The translations under genes were made by a program, and so were the position numbers. Below are positions 20,196 to 32,201 of a DNA stretch of 64,000 nt, in pieces (the stretch's first letter is position 1; each line of letters starts with the position of its first letter). Origin of the DNA: an uncultured delta proteobacterium (lineage in GTDB: Bacteria; Myxococcota; Myxococcia; Myxococcales; Myxococcaceae). The notes under the pieces were generated by a model. It saw nothing but the letters and a program-made list of their open reading frames with translations, did not search any database and was not told the origin of the DNA. The stretch lies in NCBI GenBank assembly GCA_963771175.1, contig CAVYSY010000044.1, positions 96,001 through 160,000 of the forward strand. The letters are read 5' to 3'.

Positions 20196-20495
20196 TCGGG
20201 GAAGGGGAAGGCGGCGGTCGTGGTTCAGCTCACCAACACATACTACGCCGAGCCATGGCGGCTGGGTGAGGCCCGGCTGACCTCCGATTGGACATCGCAC
20301 ACGGCCAGACCATTCGCGCTTCGCATGAACCGGGCGGAGATCGTCCCCGGGGCGTCGGGAGCGCTCGCGGTCGTGGCCGACAAGAGTGCCTTTGCTTCGG
20401 AGAAGGGCATGGTGAGCCTCATCCTGGAAATCTTCCGCGATGACGGGCTCCAGCAACTGGCCGTTTCGCTGGAACCTCGTCTGGTGCGGGAGTAG
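20196..20495 (+). pseudogene. 5'-truncated DUF2381-family remnant
   Basis: SGKGKAAVV...PWRLGEARL...FALRM.RAEI.PG...RLVRE* matches the C-terminus of the 59429-60377 gene; N-terminal two thirds absent. Confidence 0.75.
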
Positions 20496-20504
20496 GAGCG
20501 GCGA

Positions 20505-21005
20505 ATGCGCATGATCCCCATGATGAAGGCCCTCTTCCTCTTCGCGCTTCTCCTGCAGATGTCCTTTGGATGTGCCACGACCCCGGCGGCGGTGGCGTTG
20601 CGTCCGGATGGGACTCCAGGTCCGCAGGAGTGCCCGGAGGAAGCACAGAAGGCGATGCGGTATGTGCGGATGTATGTCGGGGACGCGGCATGGGTGGAGC
20701 TCGATGCCAACCAGATGGGAGCGCGGCCCATCACCCTCTATGACGGGCCCATCGAGAGCGTCTTGCAGGACGAGCTCGGTACGCTCGATTCGGCAAGCCG
20801 TCTATACGGATGGGTCTGGACGGGAGGACCGCAGGTCGTCATCCGGTACTACGAAGCCCATCTCCCGAGGGGCGACAAGGTGCCCATCTGCGCCGTGGCC
20901 CGGCTCGGGGATGGTCAGCTCAGGAAGCGGCCCGAGTCGAAGCCCGGGACCGCCATCCTCGACTTCTCCATCGCCTCCGCCTTCGTCGTCGAGTCGTTCC
21001 GGTGA
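20505..21005 (+). CDS. DUF2381-associated lipoprotein (paralog of 58932-59417)
   Basis: Lipobox SFGC; VELDANQ, ITLYDGP.ES, RYYEA, VPICAVAR, RPESKPGTAI shared with paralog. Confidence 0.85.
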   Translation: MRMIPMMKALFLFALLLQMSFGCATTPAAVALRPDGTPGPQECPEEAQKAMRYVRMYVGDAAWVELDANQMGARPITLYDGPIESVLQDELGTLDSASRLYGWVWTGGPQVVIRYYEAHLPRGDKVPICAVARLGDGQLRKRPESKPGTAILDFSIASAFVVESFR

Positions 21006-21073
21006 CCTGGGGCACGCTCGCCCAGCCCGCTAGACGTCCGCGCCCCACGGCCCCTCCTGGCCGCGCTTTTCAA

Positions 21074-21100
21074 AAACCTGTCCGACAGTCGGACAGGTTT
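21074..21100. repeat. Palindromic repeat copy 2
   Basis: AAACCTGTCCGAC-A-GTCGGACAGGTTT with GC-rich outer arms. Confidence 0.95.
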
Positions 21101-21239
21101 CTGGAGAGCGCGCCCGGCGGGCCCCCCTGTTCTCCGAGCCCCACCCGCCCCTCCCAGCCACGACCAGTCCACCAAGTGGACAAGCTTCTCAAGACCCAGA
21201 CCCAACGCTCAGTCTGGGAGAACCTTGCCCAGGAATTCA

Positions 21240-21632
21240 TCAGTTGCCCATCCAGAGTGGGGAGCCCGAGCCCGGGGGCGCCGTTCGCGTCGAGGCGGGG
21301 CGCTTGGGCTGCAACTCCTCCGGGATGCCGTCCGGCCTCGACATGTGGATGCGTGTCATCGCGTCGATGAGCGAGACTCCCATCAGCAGCAGCAGGAACA
21401 CCACCGACACCGGCAGCATCACCCGCCTCGCTCCCGGCTGCTCGACGAGGTGCATGAAGAACATCGCCACCAGCACCGTCTTCACCACGGCGATTCCCAG
21501 TGACGTGGGCAGCGAGAACGGCCCCAGCGGCACCTTCGTGCCCAATATCCACGTGGCCACCGTCAGCACCACCAGCACCCCCCACACGCCCACGTAACCC
21601 CACGCGGACTTCTCCTTCTTCTCCTCCGCCAT
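21240..21632 (-). CDS. ctaF: Cytochrome c oxidase subunit IV (caa3 type)
   Basis: Three TM segments, IAVVK..LVAMFFMHL motif, last gene of cox cluster. Confidence 0.85.
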   Translation of the reverse strand: MAEEKKEKSAWGYVGVWGVLVVLTVATWILGTKVPLGPFSLPTSLGIAVVKTVLVAMFFMHLVEQPGARRVMLPVSVVFLLLLMGVSLIDAMTRIHMSRPDGIPEELQPKRPASTRTAPPGSGSPLWMGN

Positions 21633-21644
21633 GGTGCGCCCCCC

Positions 21645-22281
21645 TCACTCCACCAGGTACAGCAGCGGGTAGATGAACAGCCAGAAGATGTCCACGAGGT
21701 GCCAGTACATGCCCCCCACCTCCACCGGGATGTGGTACCCGGCCGAGTACTTCCCCGCCAACGCTCCCCACGTCAGCCAGCCCAGCACGCCCAGCGCCAC
21801 CAGCATGTGGACGGCGTGCAGCCCCGTGAGCAGGAAATAGAGCGTGAAGAACAGGCTCCCGCCCTGCACCGGCAAGTCCTCGAGGCGGTAGTACTCGCCG
21901 GGCAGCGCTCCCTCCGTCCCAGTGCTTCCAGTACTCCCAGCCCTTGATGCCGAGGAAGCCCAACCCCATCACCATCGCCAACACCAGCACCAGCGCCGTC
22001 AGCAATTGCTTGTCCTGACGGATGGAGTGCACCGCCAGCACCACGAAGAGGCTGCTCGTCACCAGCAGCAGCGTCTGCACCGTGGCCCACTCCGTCGCCA
22101 GGTGCTTGCTCCCCTCCCTGAACACGTCCGGGTAGTAGTACCGATACACCGCGTACCCGACGAACAGGTTCGCGAACAGCAGCACCTCCGTCCCCAGGAA
22201 CACCCACATCCCGAGCTGCGCCGCCTTCGTCTGGTTCTCCCGGCTCCCGAAGTGCTCCTCCCACGGCGACTCAGTAGACAC
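21645..22281 (-). CDS. ctaE: Cytochrome c oxidase subunit III (frameshift near 21910)
   Basis: LGMWVFLGTEVLLF; YFLLTGLHAVH; YWHLVDIFW in second frame. Confidence 0.9.
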
Positions 22282-23893
22282 GCGGCGCCTCCGGGACCGT
22301 GTAGTCGTGTACCTCGCGCTCGAAGCTCGGCGGCTCCGTGTAGTTGTGCGGCGCGGGTGGCGAGCCGCTGAACCACTCGTAGCCGCGCGAGCCCCACGGG
22401 CTCGGCGTGCTCACCGGGCCGTACCTCAGCGACCACAGCAGGTAGACGGCGATGAGCCCGAAGCCGAACGCCAGCAGAGACGCCCCCGCCGTGCTCAGCA
22501 CGTGCAGCCACTGCATCTCCGGCGGGTATTGGTAGTAGCGCCGCGGCATCCCCATGTTCCCCAGCAGGAACTGCGGCAGGAACGTCACGATGAAGCCGAA
22601 GATGATGGTCGCCGCCGACAGGAAGGCCCAGCGCTCCGGGTACAGCCTCCCGAACATCTTCGGCCACCAGTAGTGCAGCGCCGCCAGGAACCCCATCAGC
22701 ACCGCCCCCACCATGATGTAGTGGAAGTGCGCCACGATGAAGTACGTGTCGTGCCAGTGGATGTCCAACGACGTCGTCGCCACCGCCACGCCCGTCATCC
22801 CCCCGAACATCAGCAGGAAGATGAACCCCAGCACGTACAGCAGCGGCACCTTCAGGTCGATGGAGCCCCCGTACATCGTCGCCACCCAGTTGAAGATTTT
22901 GATGGCCGTGAAGATGGCCACCAGCATGCTCAGCACCCCGAAGATGCCCGAGCTGAACGTGGACTGCCCCGACACGAACATGTGGTGGCCCCACGAGAAG
23001 AACCCCACGAAGGCAATCCCAAACGAGGACGCGGCGATCATCTTGTAGCCGAAGATGTTCTTCCGGCTGAAGGCACACACCACCTCGGTGATGACCCCCA
23101 TCGCCGGCAGCACCATGATGTAGACCGCCGGGTGCGAGTAGAACCAGAACATGTGCTGGAACAGCACCGGGTCCCCTCCTCGCGATGGGTCGAAGATGCC
23201 CGAGCCCATCACCCGCTCGAAGAACACCAGCAGCAGCACCATCCCCAGCACCGGCGTCGCCACCACCTGGATGACCGACGTGCCGTAGAGGGCCCAGACG
23301 AAGAGCGGAATCCGCGTCCAATGCATCCCCGGCGCGCGCAGCGTGTGCGTGGTGACGATGAAGTTCAGCCCCGTGATGATGGTGGAGAAGCCAATGATGA
23401 ACACGCCCAGCAGGATGGGCGTCAGCGCCGTGGGCGAGGTGGTGCTGTACGGCGTGTAGAACGTCCACCCCGTGTCCGCTCCGCTCCACAGCATGCCGAA
23501 CAGCGTCAGCGCCGCTCCCGCCACGTAGAGGTACACCGAGGCCAGGTTCAGCCTCGGGAAGGCCACGTCCTTGGCCCCCAGCATGATGGGCAACAGGAAG
23601 TTGCCGAACGCCGAGGGAATCGCCGGAATCATGAACAGCCACACCATCGTCACCCCGTGCAGGGTGAACATCCGGTTGTAGGTCATCGGGGTGATGATGG
23701 TCGGCCCCGGTGTCAGCAATTCAATCCGCAGCACCATCGCGAAGATGCCGCCGAGCAGCAGCGAGAGGATGACCATCACCAGGAACATCACCCCGATGCG
23801 CTTGTGGTCGCGCGTCAGCAGCCAGCTCCTCACCGTCGTCTCGTGGTCGAGATACGTGAGGGCCGGCTGACTACTTCCCGCCGACGGGTTCAT
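22271..23893 (-). CDS. ctaD: Cytochrome c oxidase subunit I, A2 type
   Basis: DHKRIG, TGWTFY, FWFYSHPAVY (YS motif of A2 oxidases), WGHHMF, AHFHY, GMPRR. Confidence 0.97.
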   Translation of the reverse strand: MNPSAGSSQPALTYLDHETTVRSWLLTRDHKRIGVMFLVMVILSLLLGGIFAMVLRIELLTPGPTIITPMTYNRMFTLHGVTMVWLFMIPAIPSAFGNFLLPIMLGAKDVAFPRLNLASVYLYVAGAALTLFGMLWSGADTGWTFYTPYSTTSPTALTPILLGVFIIGFSTIITGLNFIVTTHTLRAPGMHWTRIPLFVWALYGTSVIQVVATPVLGMVLLLVFFERVMGSGIFDPSRGGDPVLFQHMFWFYSHPAVYIMVLPAMGVITEVVCAFSRKNIFGYKMIAASSFGIAFVGFFSWGHHMFVSGQSTFSSGIFGVLSMLVAIFTAIKIFNWVATMYGGSIDLKVPLLYVLGFIFLLMFGGMTGVAVATTSLDIHWHDTYFIVAHFHYIMVGAVLMGFLAALHYWWPKMFGRLYPERWAFLSAATIIFGFIVTFLPQFLLGNMGMPRRYYQYPPEMQWLHVLSTAGASLLAFGFGLIAVYLLWSLRYGPVSTPSPWGSRGYEWFSGSPPAPHNYTEPPSFEREVHDYTVPEAPRVY

Positions 23894-25046
23894 ATTCGGG
23901 CCTCTCCGACCGGATGGTCTCCAGCCGCGCGCTGCGCAGCGTCTTGATGTACTCGACCAGCGCCGCCACCTCCGCCGCCTCCAACTGCCCCAGGAACGAC
24001 GGCATCACCGGCTGGAACCCCGCCACCACCTTCGCCTGCGGCCTCATCATCGACTCGGTGAGGTAGGCCTCGTCCGCCACCACCGTCTCGCCGCTCGTCA
24101 GCCGCTCGCGCCGTTGGTACAGGTCCATCCACGTCGGCCCGATGTGCTCCGTCCCATCCACCGAGTGGCACTTGAGGCACCCCTTCTCCGCCGCCACTCG
24201 CTCGCCCCGCTCGGGCAGCGTGCCCCGCTCCGCGTACATGAGCTCGCCGTGCGGCACCTGCGCGTCGTAGAGCGCCGCCTGCCGAGCGGGCCCGCGGGGC
24301 TCCTGGGCCTCGGGCGCGCTGGGGCTCGCGTCCCGGCGTGTCACCAGCCCCCGCCGCTGCTCCTGCATCCACGCCTCGTAGTCCTCCGCCGAGAGCGCGA
24401 GGACCTCGGCCCACATCTCCGAGTGCTTCAGCCCGCAGTACTCCGCGCACATGACGCGGTAGCGCCCCGGCTTCGTCACCTCGAACCACGTCTGGGTGTA
24501 GGCCCCGGGAATCGCGTCCTGCTTGATGCGGAACGACGGCACGTAGAAGGAGTGGATGACGTCCTGACTCGTCAGCAGCAGCCGCACCGGCCTGCCCACC
24601 GGCACCCGCAGCACCCCGAGGGAGTTGGGACCCTCGGGATAGGTGAACTTCCACATCCACTGCTTCGCCACCACGTACACGTCCATCGCGTCCGGCGGCG
24701 GCGTCTGCATCCGGATGAAGTCGTGGTAGCCGATGAAGAACCACACCAGGAACGTGGTGAGCGGCACGCCCACGAAGAGCGCCTCCCACCCGAACGTCCC
24801 CACCACCTTCGGCGTGACGTCCGTCTCCGAGCGTCTCCGGTAGCGGATGAGGAAGTACGCCGCCGTCCCGAAGATGAGCGTGGCCATCACCATCGCCGCG
24901 GTGATGATGACGTAGTGCAGGTGGTCCACGTCCTTCGCCACCGTGGACGCCTGCTCCGGCAGGAAGAGGATTTTCCGGAAGAGTTCCTCCAGGACTCCCG
25001 AGTCCGTGCTCGTCGTTCCCGCGGAGGCCGCGTCTCCGTGGGTCAT
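23871..25046 (-). CDS. ctaC: Cytochrome c oxidase subunit II with fused cytochrome c
   Basis: QWMWKFTY, DVIHSF, CAEYCGLKHSEM CuA site, CLKCH heme c. Confidence 0.95.
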   Translation of the reverse strand: MTHGDAASAGTTSTDSGVLEELFRKILFLPEQASTVAKDVDHLHYVIITAAMVMATLIFGTAAYFLIRYRRRSETDVTPKVVGTFGWEALFVGVPLTTFLVWFFIGYHDFIRMQTPPPDAMDVYVVAKQWMWKFTYPEGPNSLGVLRVPVGRPVRLLLTSQDVIHSFYVPSFRIKQDAIPGAYTQTWFEVTKPGRYRVMCAEYCGLKHSEMWAEVLALSAEDYEAWMQEQRRGLVTRRDASPSAPEAQEPRGPARQAALYDAQVPHGELMYAERGTLPERGERVAAEKGCLKCHSVDGTEHIGPTWMDLYQRRERLTSGETVVADEAYLTESMMRPQAKVVAGFQPVMPSFLGQLEAAEVAALVEYIKTLRSARLETIRSERPEYEPVGGK

Positions 25047-25444
25047 CGCGTGCCTCCGTCCCGCCGCCCGGCCTGCTCGGACACGACGCGCTCGATGGCC
25101 TGTTCGATGGGCACGTGCACCACGCCCGCGTCCCGGTCCACCCACCCGTACCCGTGCAATCGCTGGCGCTGCCGCTCCCGCTCCTCTTCCGCCCGGGTGT
25201 CGAGCTGGATGAGCCCCGTGTTGACGATGTTGATTTCGGCCTTGCCCAGCACGGGCGGCGTGTAGGGGCCCGCGGGGTTGAGGTGCCGCAGCCGCTCCTG
25301 GAGCTGCGCCCACGCCCCCACCACGAAGAAGGTGAAGACGATGAGCGCTCCGGCGAGGACGGCGGCCACGAACCGGCCGCTCACCGCGTCCCGCTGCCGC
25401 TCGGGCGTCTCCCACTCCACCTTGGGCTCGTCGTCGCGGCTCAT
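25043..25444 (-). CDS. ActG-like small single-TM subunit of alternative complex III
   Basis: One TM, YGWVD...G.VHVPIEQAI motif, position between actF and ctaC. Confidence 0.7.
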   Translation of the reverse strand: MSRDDEPKVEWETPERQRDAVSGRFVAAVLAGALIVFTFFVVGAWAQLQERLRHLNPAGPYTPPVLGKAEINIVNTGLIQLDTRAEEERERQRQRLHGYGWVDRDAGVVHVPIEQAIERVVSEQAGRRDGGTR

Positions 25445-26622
25445 TCGTCGTACCCCAGGGACTCGTGCAGGTAGGGGTCCCTCACCGGCACCGTGGCGTG
25501 GCCTCGCAGCCGCCACAGGGTGAAGGCCACCGCCACGCCTCCCACTCCCACGAACGCCGCCACGTCCGCCCAGTGCACCCGCACCGCGTCCGGGCTCACC
25601 ACCGGAATCACCAGCCACCACGTGTCCACCGCGTGCGCCGCCAGCAGCCACACCGCCATCACCGTCAGCGTCCGGCGGTGTTGCTTGAAGGGCCTCGACA
25701 GCAGCACGAGGAACGGGAGGAGGAAGCGCGTGTTGACGATGAACAGCGCCACCGGCTCCCACGCGCCCCTCGCGCGCAGCACGTACCAGGGCACCTCGTG
25801 CGGCAGGTCCGCTATCCAGATGAGGAAGAACTGGCTGAAGGCCATGTAGGCCCAGAAGACGCTGAACGCGAGCAGGAACTTGCCCAGGCTCGCCCGGTGC
25901 GAGTCATTGACCAGCTCGCCATACAGGTTCGGCCCCCGCGCCAGCGTCGTCGCCAGCGTCAGCAGCGCCAGCGTCCCGACGAAGGCCCCCGAGAACCAAT
26001 ACAGCCCATACACCGTGGAGACGAAGAGCGGCTCCAGCGACATCAGCCAGTCCAGCGACGCGAAGGACATGGCCAGCGCCACCACGGGCAGCGTCCCCGC
26101 CCCCAGCCACCACTGCCACTGCGTGAGCTTCAGCTCGCCCGTCTCGTCCTGCCTGCGGGACCAGCGCAGCAGCAGCTCGCCCACACCGCTCCACACCGCG
26201 AAGTACACGAGCGAGCGCACCGCCCAGAAGGGCAGGTTGAGCCACGTCCGCTTGTGCTCGAGCTTCTTCAGGTCCTTCCCGGACAGCGGCGGCGACGGGT
26301 TCGTCCATGGGTAGAGGTGCGAGGCCCCCGCGAGGATGGGAAGGAAGAGCACCGCGAAGAGCGGCAGCGTGGCCGCCATCGTCTCCAGCATGCGGCGCAG
26401 CACCACCGGCCAGCGCGCCTTCGAGGCGTGCCAGATGCCCAGCAGCAGCAGCGCCGCCACCGCCATCCCCGCCCAGTACGCGAAGGCGAACAGGTACGAG
26501 AACAGCGCTCGCCGCGTGTCCACCGCCCAGCCCACCGCCGTCACGCCCAGCCCCACCGCTCCGAGCGCGGCCGAGGCCAGCAGGGGCACCCGCCCTCCCG
26601 TGAAGCGCTCCATCACCTTCAT
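25441..26622 (-). CDS. actF: Alternative complex III subunit F
   Basis: Multi-TM; K..WLN.PFW.VR, DWLMSLEP, WAYMAFSQF..IW.ADLP.E. Confidence 0.88.
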   Translation of the reverse strand: MKVMERFTGGRVPLLASAALGAVGLGVTAVGWAVDTRRALFSYLFAFAYWAGMAVAALLLLGIWHASKARWPVVLRRMLETMAATLPLFAVLFLPILAGASHLYPWTNPSPPLSGKDLKKLEHKRTWLNLPFWAVRSLVYFAVWSGVGELLLRWSRRQDETGELKLTQWQWWLGAGTLPVVALAMSFASLDWLMSLEPLFVSTVYGLYWFSGAFVGTLALLTLATTLARGPNLYGELVNDSHRASLGKFLLAFSVFWAYMAFSQFFLIWIADLPHEVPWYVLRARGAWEPVALFIVNTRFLLPFLVLLSRPFKQHRRTLTVMAVWLLAAHAVDTWWLVIPVVSPDAVRVHWADVAAFVGVGGVAVAFTLWRLRGHATVPVRDPYLHESLGYDE

Positions 26623-27212
26623 GGCGCGCCCTCCTTCTCCAACCCTGGCCGGACCTCGGGCGGCACGTCCTCCAGCCTCGCCCGCTGGCTGCGCTGGAGT
26701 GCTCGCACGTAGGCCACCACCGCCCACCGGTCCTCGGGCGACAGCTTCTCCGCGTACGCCGGCATCAGCCCGAAGCCCTCGCTGATGACTCCGTAGTAGT
26801 AGCCGTCCGGGTATGGCGGGAGGTCCAACAGCGACGGCGGCTCGCGCAGCCCCATGTTGCGCCCCACCTGGCTCTCCCCGTTCCCGAGCACTCCGTGGCA
26901 GGTGGCGCAGTAGACCTCGAACCGCCGCTGCCCTCGCTCCACCGTCTCCCGCGTGAGCGTCAGCGGAATCTCCCCCACGAAGCCGGCATCCGGTGCCTCC
27001 CTTCCCGAGAGGAACAGCCGCGTCTTGCCTCGCCGGCTCGTCGGCACCGTCCCCGGCGGCGGCTGGCGCATCACCCGGTCGTCCGCGAAGAACGCGTTCT
27101 CGCGATAGGGCAGCGCCTTGGGCTGCCGCTTCATCCCCGCCCAGCCCTCCACGTCTCCGGGGCAGCCGGCCAGCAGCCACGCCATCGGCACGAGGAGGAG
27201 CGGGCGGCTCAT
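26619..27212 (-). CDS. actE: Alternative complex III monoheme cytochrome c lipoprotein, subunit E
   Basis: Lipobox LAGC, M..QPK, MRQPPPGTV, YCATCHG, DRWAVVAYVRALQ. Confidence 0.9.
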   Translation of the reverse strand: MSRPLLLVPMAWLLAGCPGDVEGWAGMKRQPKALPYRENAFFADDRVMRQPPPGTVPTSRRGKTRLFLSGREAPDAGFVGEIPLTLTRETVERGQRRFEVYCATCHGVLGNGESQVGRNMGLREPPSLLDLPPYPDGYYYGVISEGFGLMPAYAEKLSPEDRWAVVAYVRALQRSQRARLEDVPPEVRPGLEKEGAP

Positions 27213-27743
27213 TCCTTCTCCTCCACCACCGACGTCTTCTTCGCCGCCAGCTCGCCCAGGTGGCGCAGCAGCACCTCCGCCTCCTCGCGCTTCGCCGTGG
27301 TGACGCTCACCCAGAAGCCCCCGGTGGAGGCGGTGCGGAAGGACTCCAGCTCGAAGAGCGGGTGGTGCGGCCTCGGGAAGCGGAACAGCCACATCAGCCC
27401 GAAGAAGAGGGTGAGCGAGGCGAACAGCACCATCGTCTCGAAGGTGATGGGCACGAAGGCCGCCCCCGCGTGCGGCGGGCGGTTGCCCACGTTCAGCGGC
27501 CAGTCCCACGCGTTGGTCCACCACTGCACCCCGTACCCCACCGCCGCCCCCGTCAGCCCCGCCACGAAGGCGAACCCCCGGATGGGCGAGGGCGGCAGCT
27601 CCAGCACCTGCTCAATCCCCTCCACCGGGTACGGGCGAGAAGACATCCAGCGTCTCCTTCGCGTACCCCAGCTCGCGCAGCCGCCGCAGCGCCCCCAGCA
27701 CCTCCCTGCCCGAGCCGAGCTCGCCCACCACCCAGTAGCGCAT
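27209..27743 (-). CDS. actD: Alternative complex III subunit D (DUF3341-like; frameshift near 27640)
   Basis: PYPVEG, DWPLNVGNRP, AFVPITFE..VLFA; N-terminus MRYWVVGEL in another frame. Confidence 0.85.
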
Positions 27744-27746
27744 GGC

Positions 27747-29166
<1,420 letters not shown>

Positions 29167-29174
<8 letters not shown>

Positions 29175-32100
29175 GTTCCAGCTCCGGGTTCGGGTTCTTC
29201 AGGCGCGACAGGTACGCGGTGCGCGGGCGGGTGCCCAGCTCGTGCAGCACCGCGTAGTGGCGCTCGTCCCGGTGGCGCCTCGCCACCTCCGAGTCCTCCT
29301 CGTGCAACGAGCCGAAGACAATCGCCTCCGTGGGGCACACCTGCGCGCACGCGGATTCGAGTGAGCCGGTGTCTATCTTCCGCCGCTCCTTGCGCGCCTC
29401 GATGCGGGCCCGCTCAATCCGTTGCACGCAGTACGTGCACTTCTCCATCACCCCGCGCATCCGCACGGTGACGTCCGGGTTGAAGCCCAGCTTCTCCAGC
29501 TCCGTCACCTTCGGCCGGTAGTCGAGGTAGTTGAACCGCCTCACCTTGTACGGGCAGTTGTTGCTGCAGTACCGCGTGCCGATGCAGCGGTTGTAGACCA
29601 TCTCGTTGAGGCCCTCGTCCGAGTGGACGGTGGCGTTCACCGGGCACACGTACTCGCACGGCGCTGTCTCGCAGTGCTGGCACATCATCGGCTGGGGGAT
29701 GGCCTGGGGCTCGTCCGGCGCTCCCTCGAAGTACCGGTCCACCCGCAGCCAGTACATCTCGCGCCCCCGCCCCACCTGCTCGGGCCCCACCACCGGGATG
29801 TTGTTCTCCGCCTGGCACGCCACCACGCACGCCCCGCAGCCGATGCACCGGCTCAGGTCCACCGCCATCGCCCACTGGTACGGCTCGTCCTTGTAGGTGA
29901 ACGGGTCGTACAGCTTCGGCACCGGGCCCTTCAGGTGCTCCAGGTAGTGGGGCCTCTGCTTCTCGAAGTCCTCCACCGTGTCCTGGACGGCGATTTCGCG
30001 GCCCTGCATCGACCAGTGCTCCTGCACCGTCGCGTACCTCTCCCGGCCCTCCACCTTCTCCACCGTCAGCCCGTCCACGAACCACGGCGCGTCCAGGTGC
30101 CGCAGCAGGTACGCGTTGACGCCGAGTGTCCCGCCCACCGCCTCCGGGCCCTCGCGCCCCCAGCCGAGCTCCAGTGACACCGTGTCGTCCGCGTGCCCCG
30201 GCAGCACGTACACCGCCGCCTCCAGCCAGCGGCCTCGGAGGGTCAGCTTCACCTTGTCCCGGGATTGCACCTTCAGGCGCTCGGCCGTGCTCGGGCTCAG
30301 GAGTGCCGCGTTCGTCCAGGAGAGCTGCGTCAGCGGGTCCGGCATCTCCAGACAGCCACGCGTTCTGGGCGTACCGTCCGTCGTCCAGCTTGTAGCCGGG
30401 CAGCAGGTTCAGCTCGAGCTCCCGCGAGGGTCGGCGCGCGAAGCGCCGGACGCTCGACTCCACCGCTCCCGCGTCCACCGGGGCCGTCACCGCCGGCGCC
30501 GCCGTGTCTGGGATTGTCCCCACCGCCAGCGCCTGGTCCCACGCGTCCTCGAAGGCCGCGGCTCCGCCGCCTCGCGCGCCGCGCCCAGTGGCCCTTCACG
30601 AGCTGGTAGGACGACTGGTCCCCCACTCCCGCGAACGGGGCGAGCACGTCCAGCTCCGTCAGCCCCTGGAAGAGCGGTTGGATGAGCGGCTGGATGAGGC
30701 TCGCCGTCCCGTCCAGCGCCCGCGTGTCGCCCCAGGACTCCAGCACGTGCGCCGCCGGGAGCACCCACGCGCACTGCTTCGCCGTCTCGTCCTCGCGGAA
30801 GGCCAGGTACACCGCGTTGGGCACCGCGCCGAGCGCCGCTCCCAGCGTCACGCCCACCGGCGCCGTGTAGACGGGGTCGAACGCCGTCACCACCAGCGTG
30901 TCCACCCGACCCGCGCTCGCCGCCTCGGCCAGCTCGCGCAGCACCTCCGGCCCGCTGCGCACCGCGTCCAGCGTGGGCTCGTGGTGGGTGACGAGTCCCG
31001 GCTCGCTCCCCAGCGCCGCGTTGAGCGCGTGCGCCACCGCGTGGACCCGGGGCGGCTGTCTCTCGCCCGCCACCACCACCGAGCGCGCCCCGTTCCGCGC
31101 GAGGTCCGCCGCCACCGCGCGCACCTCCCTCGCCTTCTCCGGCCAGCCTGGCTCCAGCTCCCGGAAGCGCGTGAGTGTGGGCAACTTGTGGGTACGGGCC
31201 AGCTCGCCCAGCACCGCCAGGGCGAAGCGCTCCACCTCCGAGGGCTTCATCCGGAAGCGGTGGTCCGCGTTCATCCCCGTCACGCTGGAGTGGCTCTCCG
31301 CCACGTACAGCCGGCTCATCGGCCCGCGCTCCGGCGTGCGCGTGCCGGAGAACTCGCGCGCCTCGCGCAGGGAGAAGGGGCCCCGGGTGAGGAAGTCCGC
31401 GTCCAGCGAGAGCACCACGCGCGCCTCGTCGTAGCGCACGCGCGTCTCCAGCGGCCGGCCGAAGGCCAGTCTCGCGCCCTCGTACACGTTGTCCCGCGAG
31501 AGGGCGTGGTACGTCTCCACCCGCGCCCTCGGGAAGCGCTGGCGGATGCGCTCGAGCAGCTCGCGCCTCGTGGGCGAGGACGAGGGCTCCAGCAGCAGCC
31601 ACAGCCCCTCGCCTCCGTTCGCCTCCAGCGCTCGGGCGCGCTCCGTCTGCTCTTGCAGGTACGCCTTGAGGGAGCGCGGCGTGCCCCGGTGCCTCACCCC
31701 GCGCACCCGCGAGGTGTCGTAGAGGTCCACCAGCAGCGCCTGGGCGAGGGGGTTGGTGGCCCCGAGGCTCGCCGGGTGGTCCGGATTGCCCTCCACCTTC
31801 GTGGGGCGGCCCTCCCAGCTCGTCACCACCAGCCCCGTCCCGTAGCCGTCCCGAGGCCACGCCGTCGCGTACGTGTTGGGCACCCCGGGCGTCACGTCCG
31901 GCGGTTGGTGCGTGTACGGCATCACCTTCTCGGGCGGCGGCTTGCACGCGGCCAGCCCCGCCAGCGCCGCGGTGGTGCCCGCCAGTCGCAGGAAGCGGCG
32001 CCGGTCCAGGCCCTGGGGAGGCTCGGCGGCTCCAGGGGGGAACTCGCGCTCGGCGGCCCGGGTGGCTTCCGGCTCCCCTCGCCACTCCTCCAGGCTGCGC

Positions 32101-32201
32101 CAGGCGCGCGGGCGCTCGGCGTCACCCGCTCCACCGGCGGCTCCGGCCCGGGGCGAGTCCTGCAGGACGGGCAGCGGGTAGCGGTCGGTCAGCGGTGGCA
32201 T
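29167..32201 (-). CDS. actB: Alternative complex III subunit B (molybdopterin-fold + 4Fe-4S domains; frameshifts near 30350 and 30570)
   Basis: Tat motif [63 protein letters not shown]. Confidence 0.93.
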
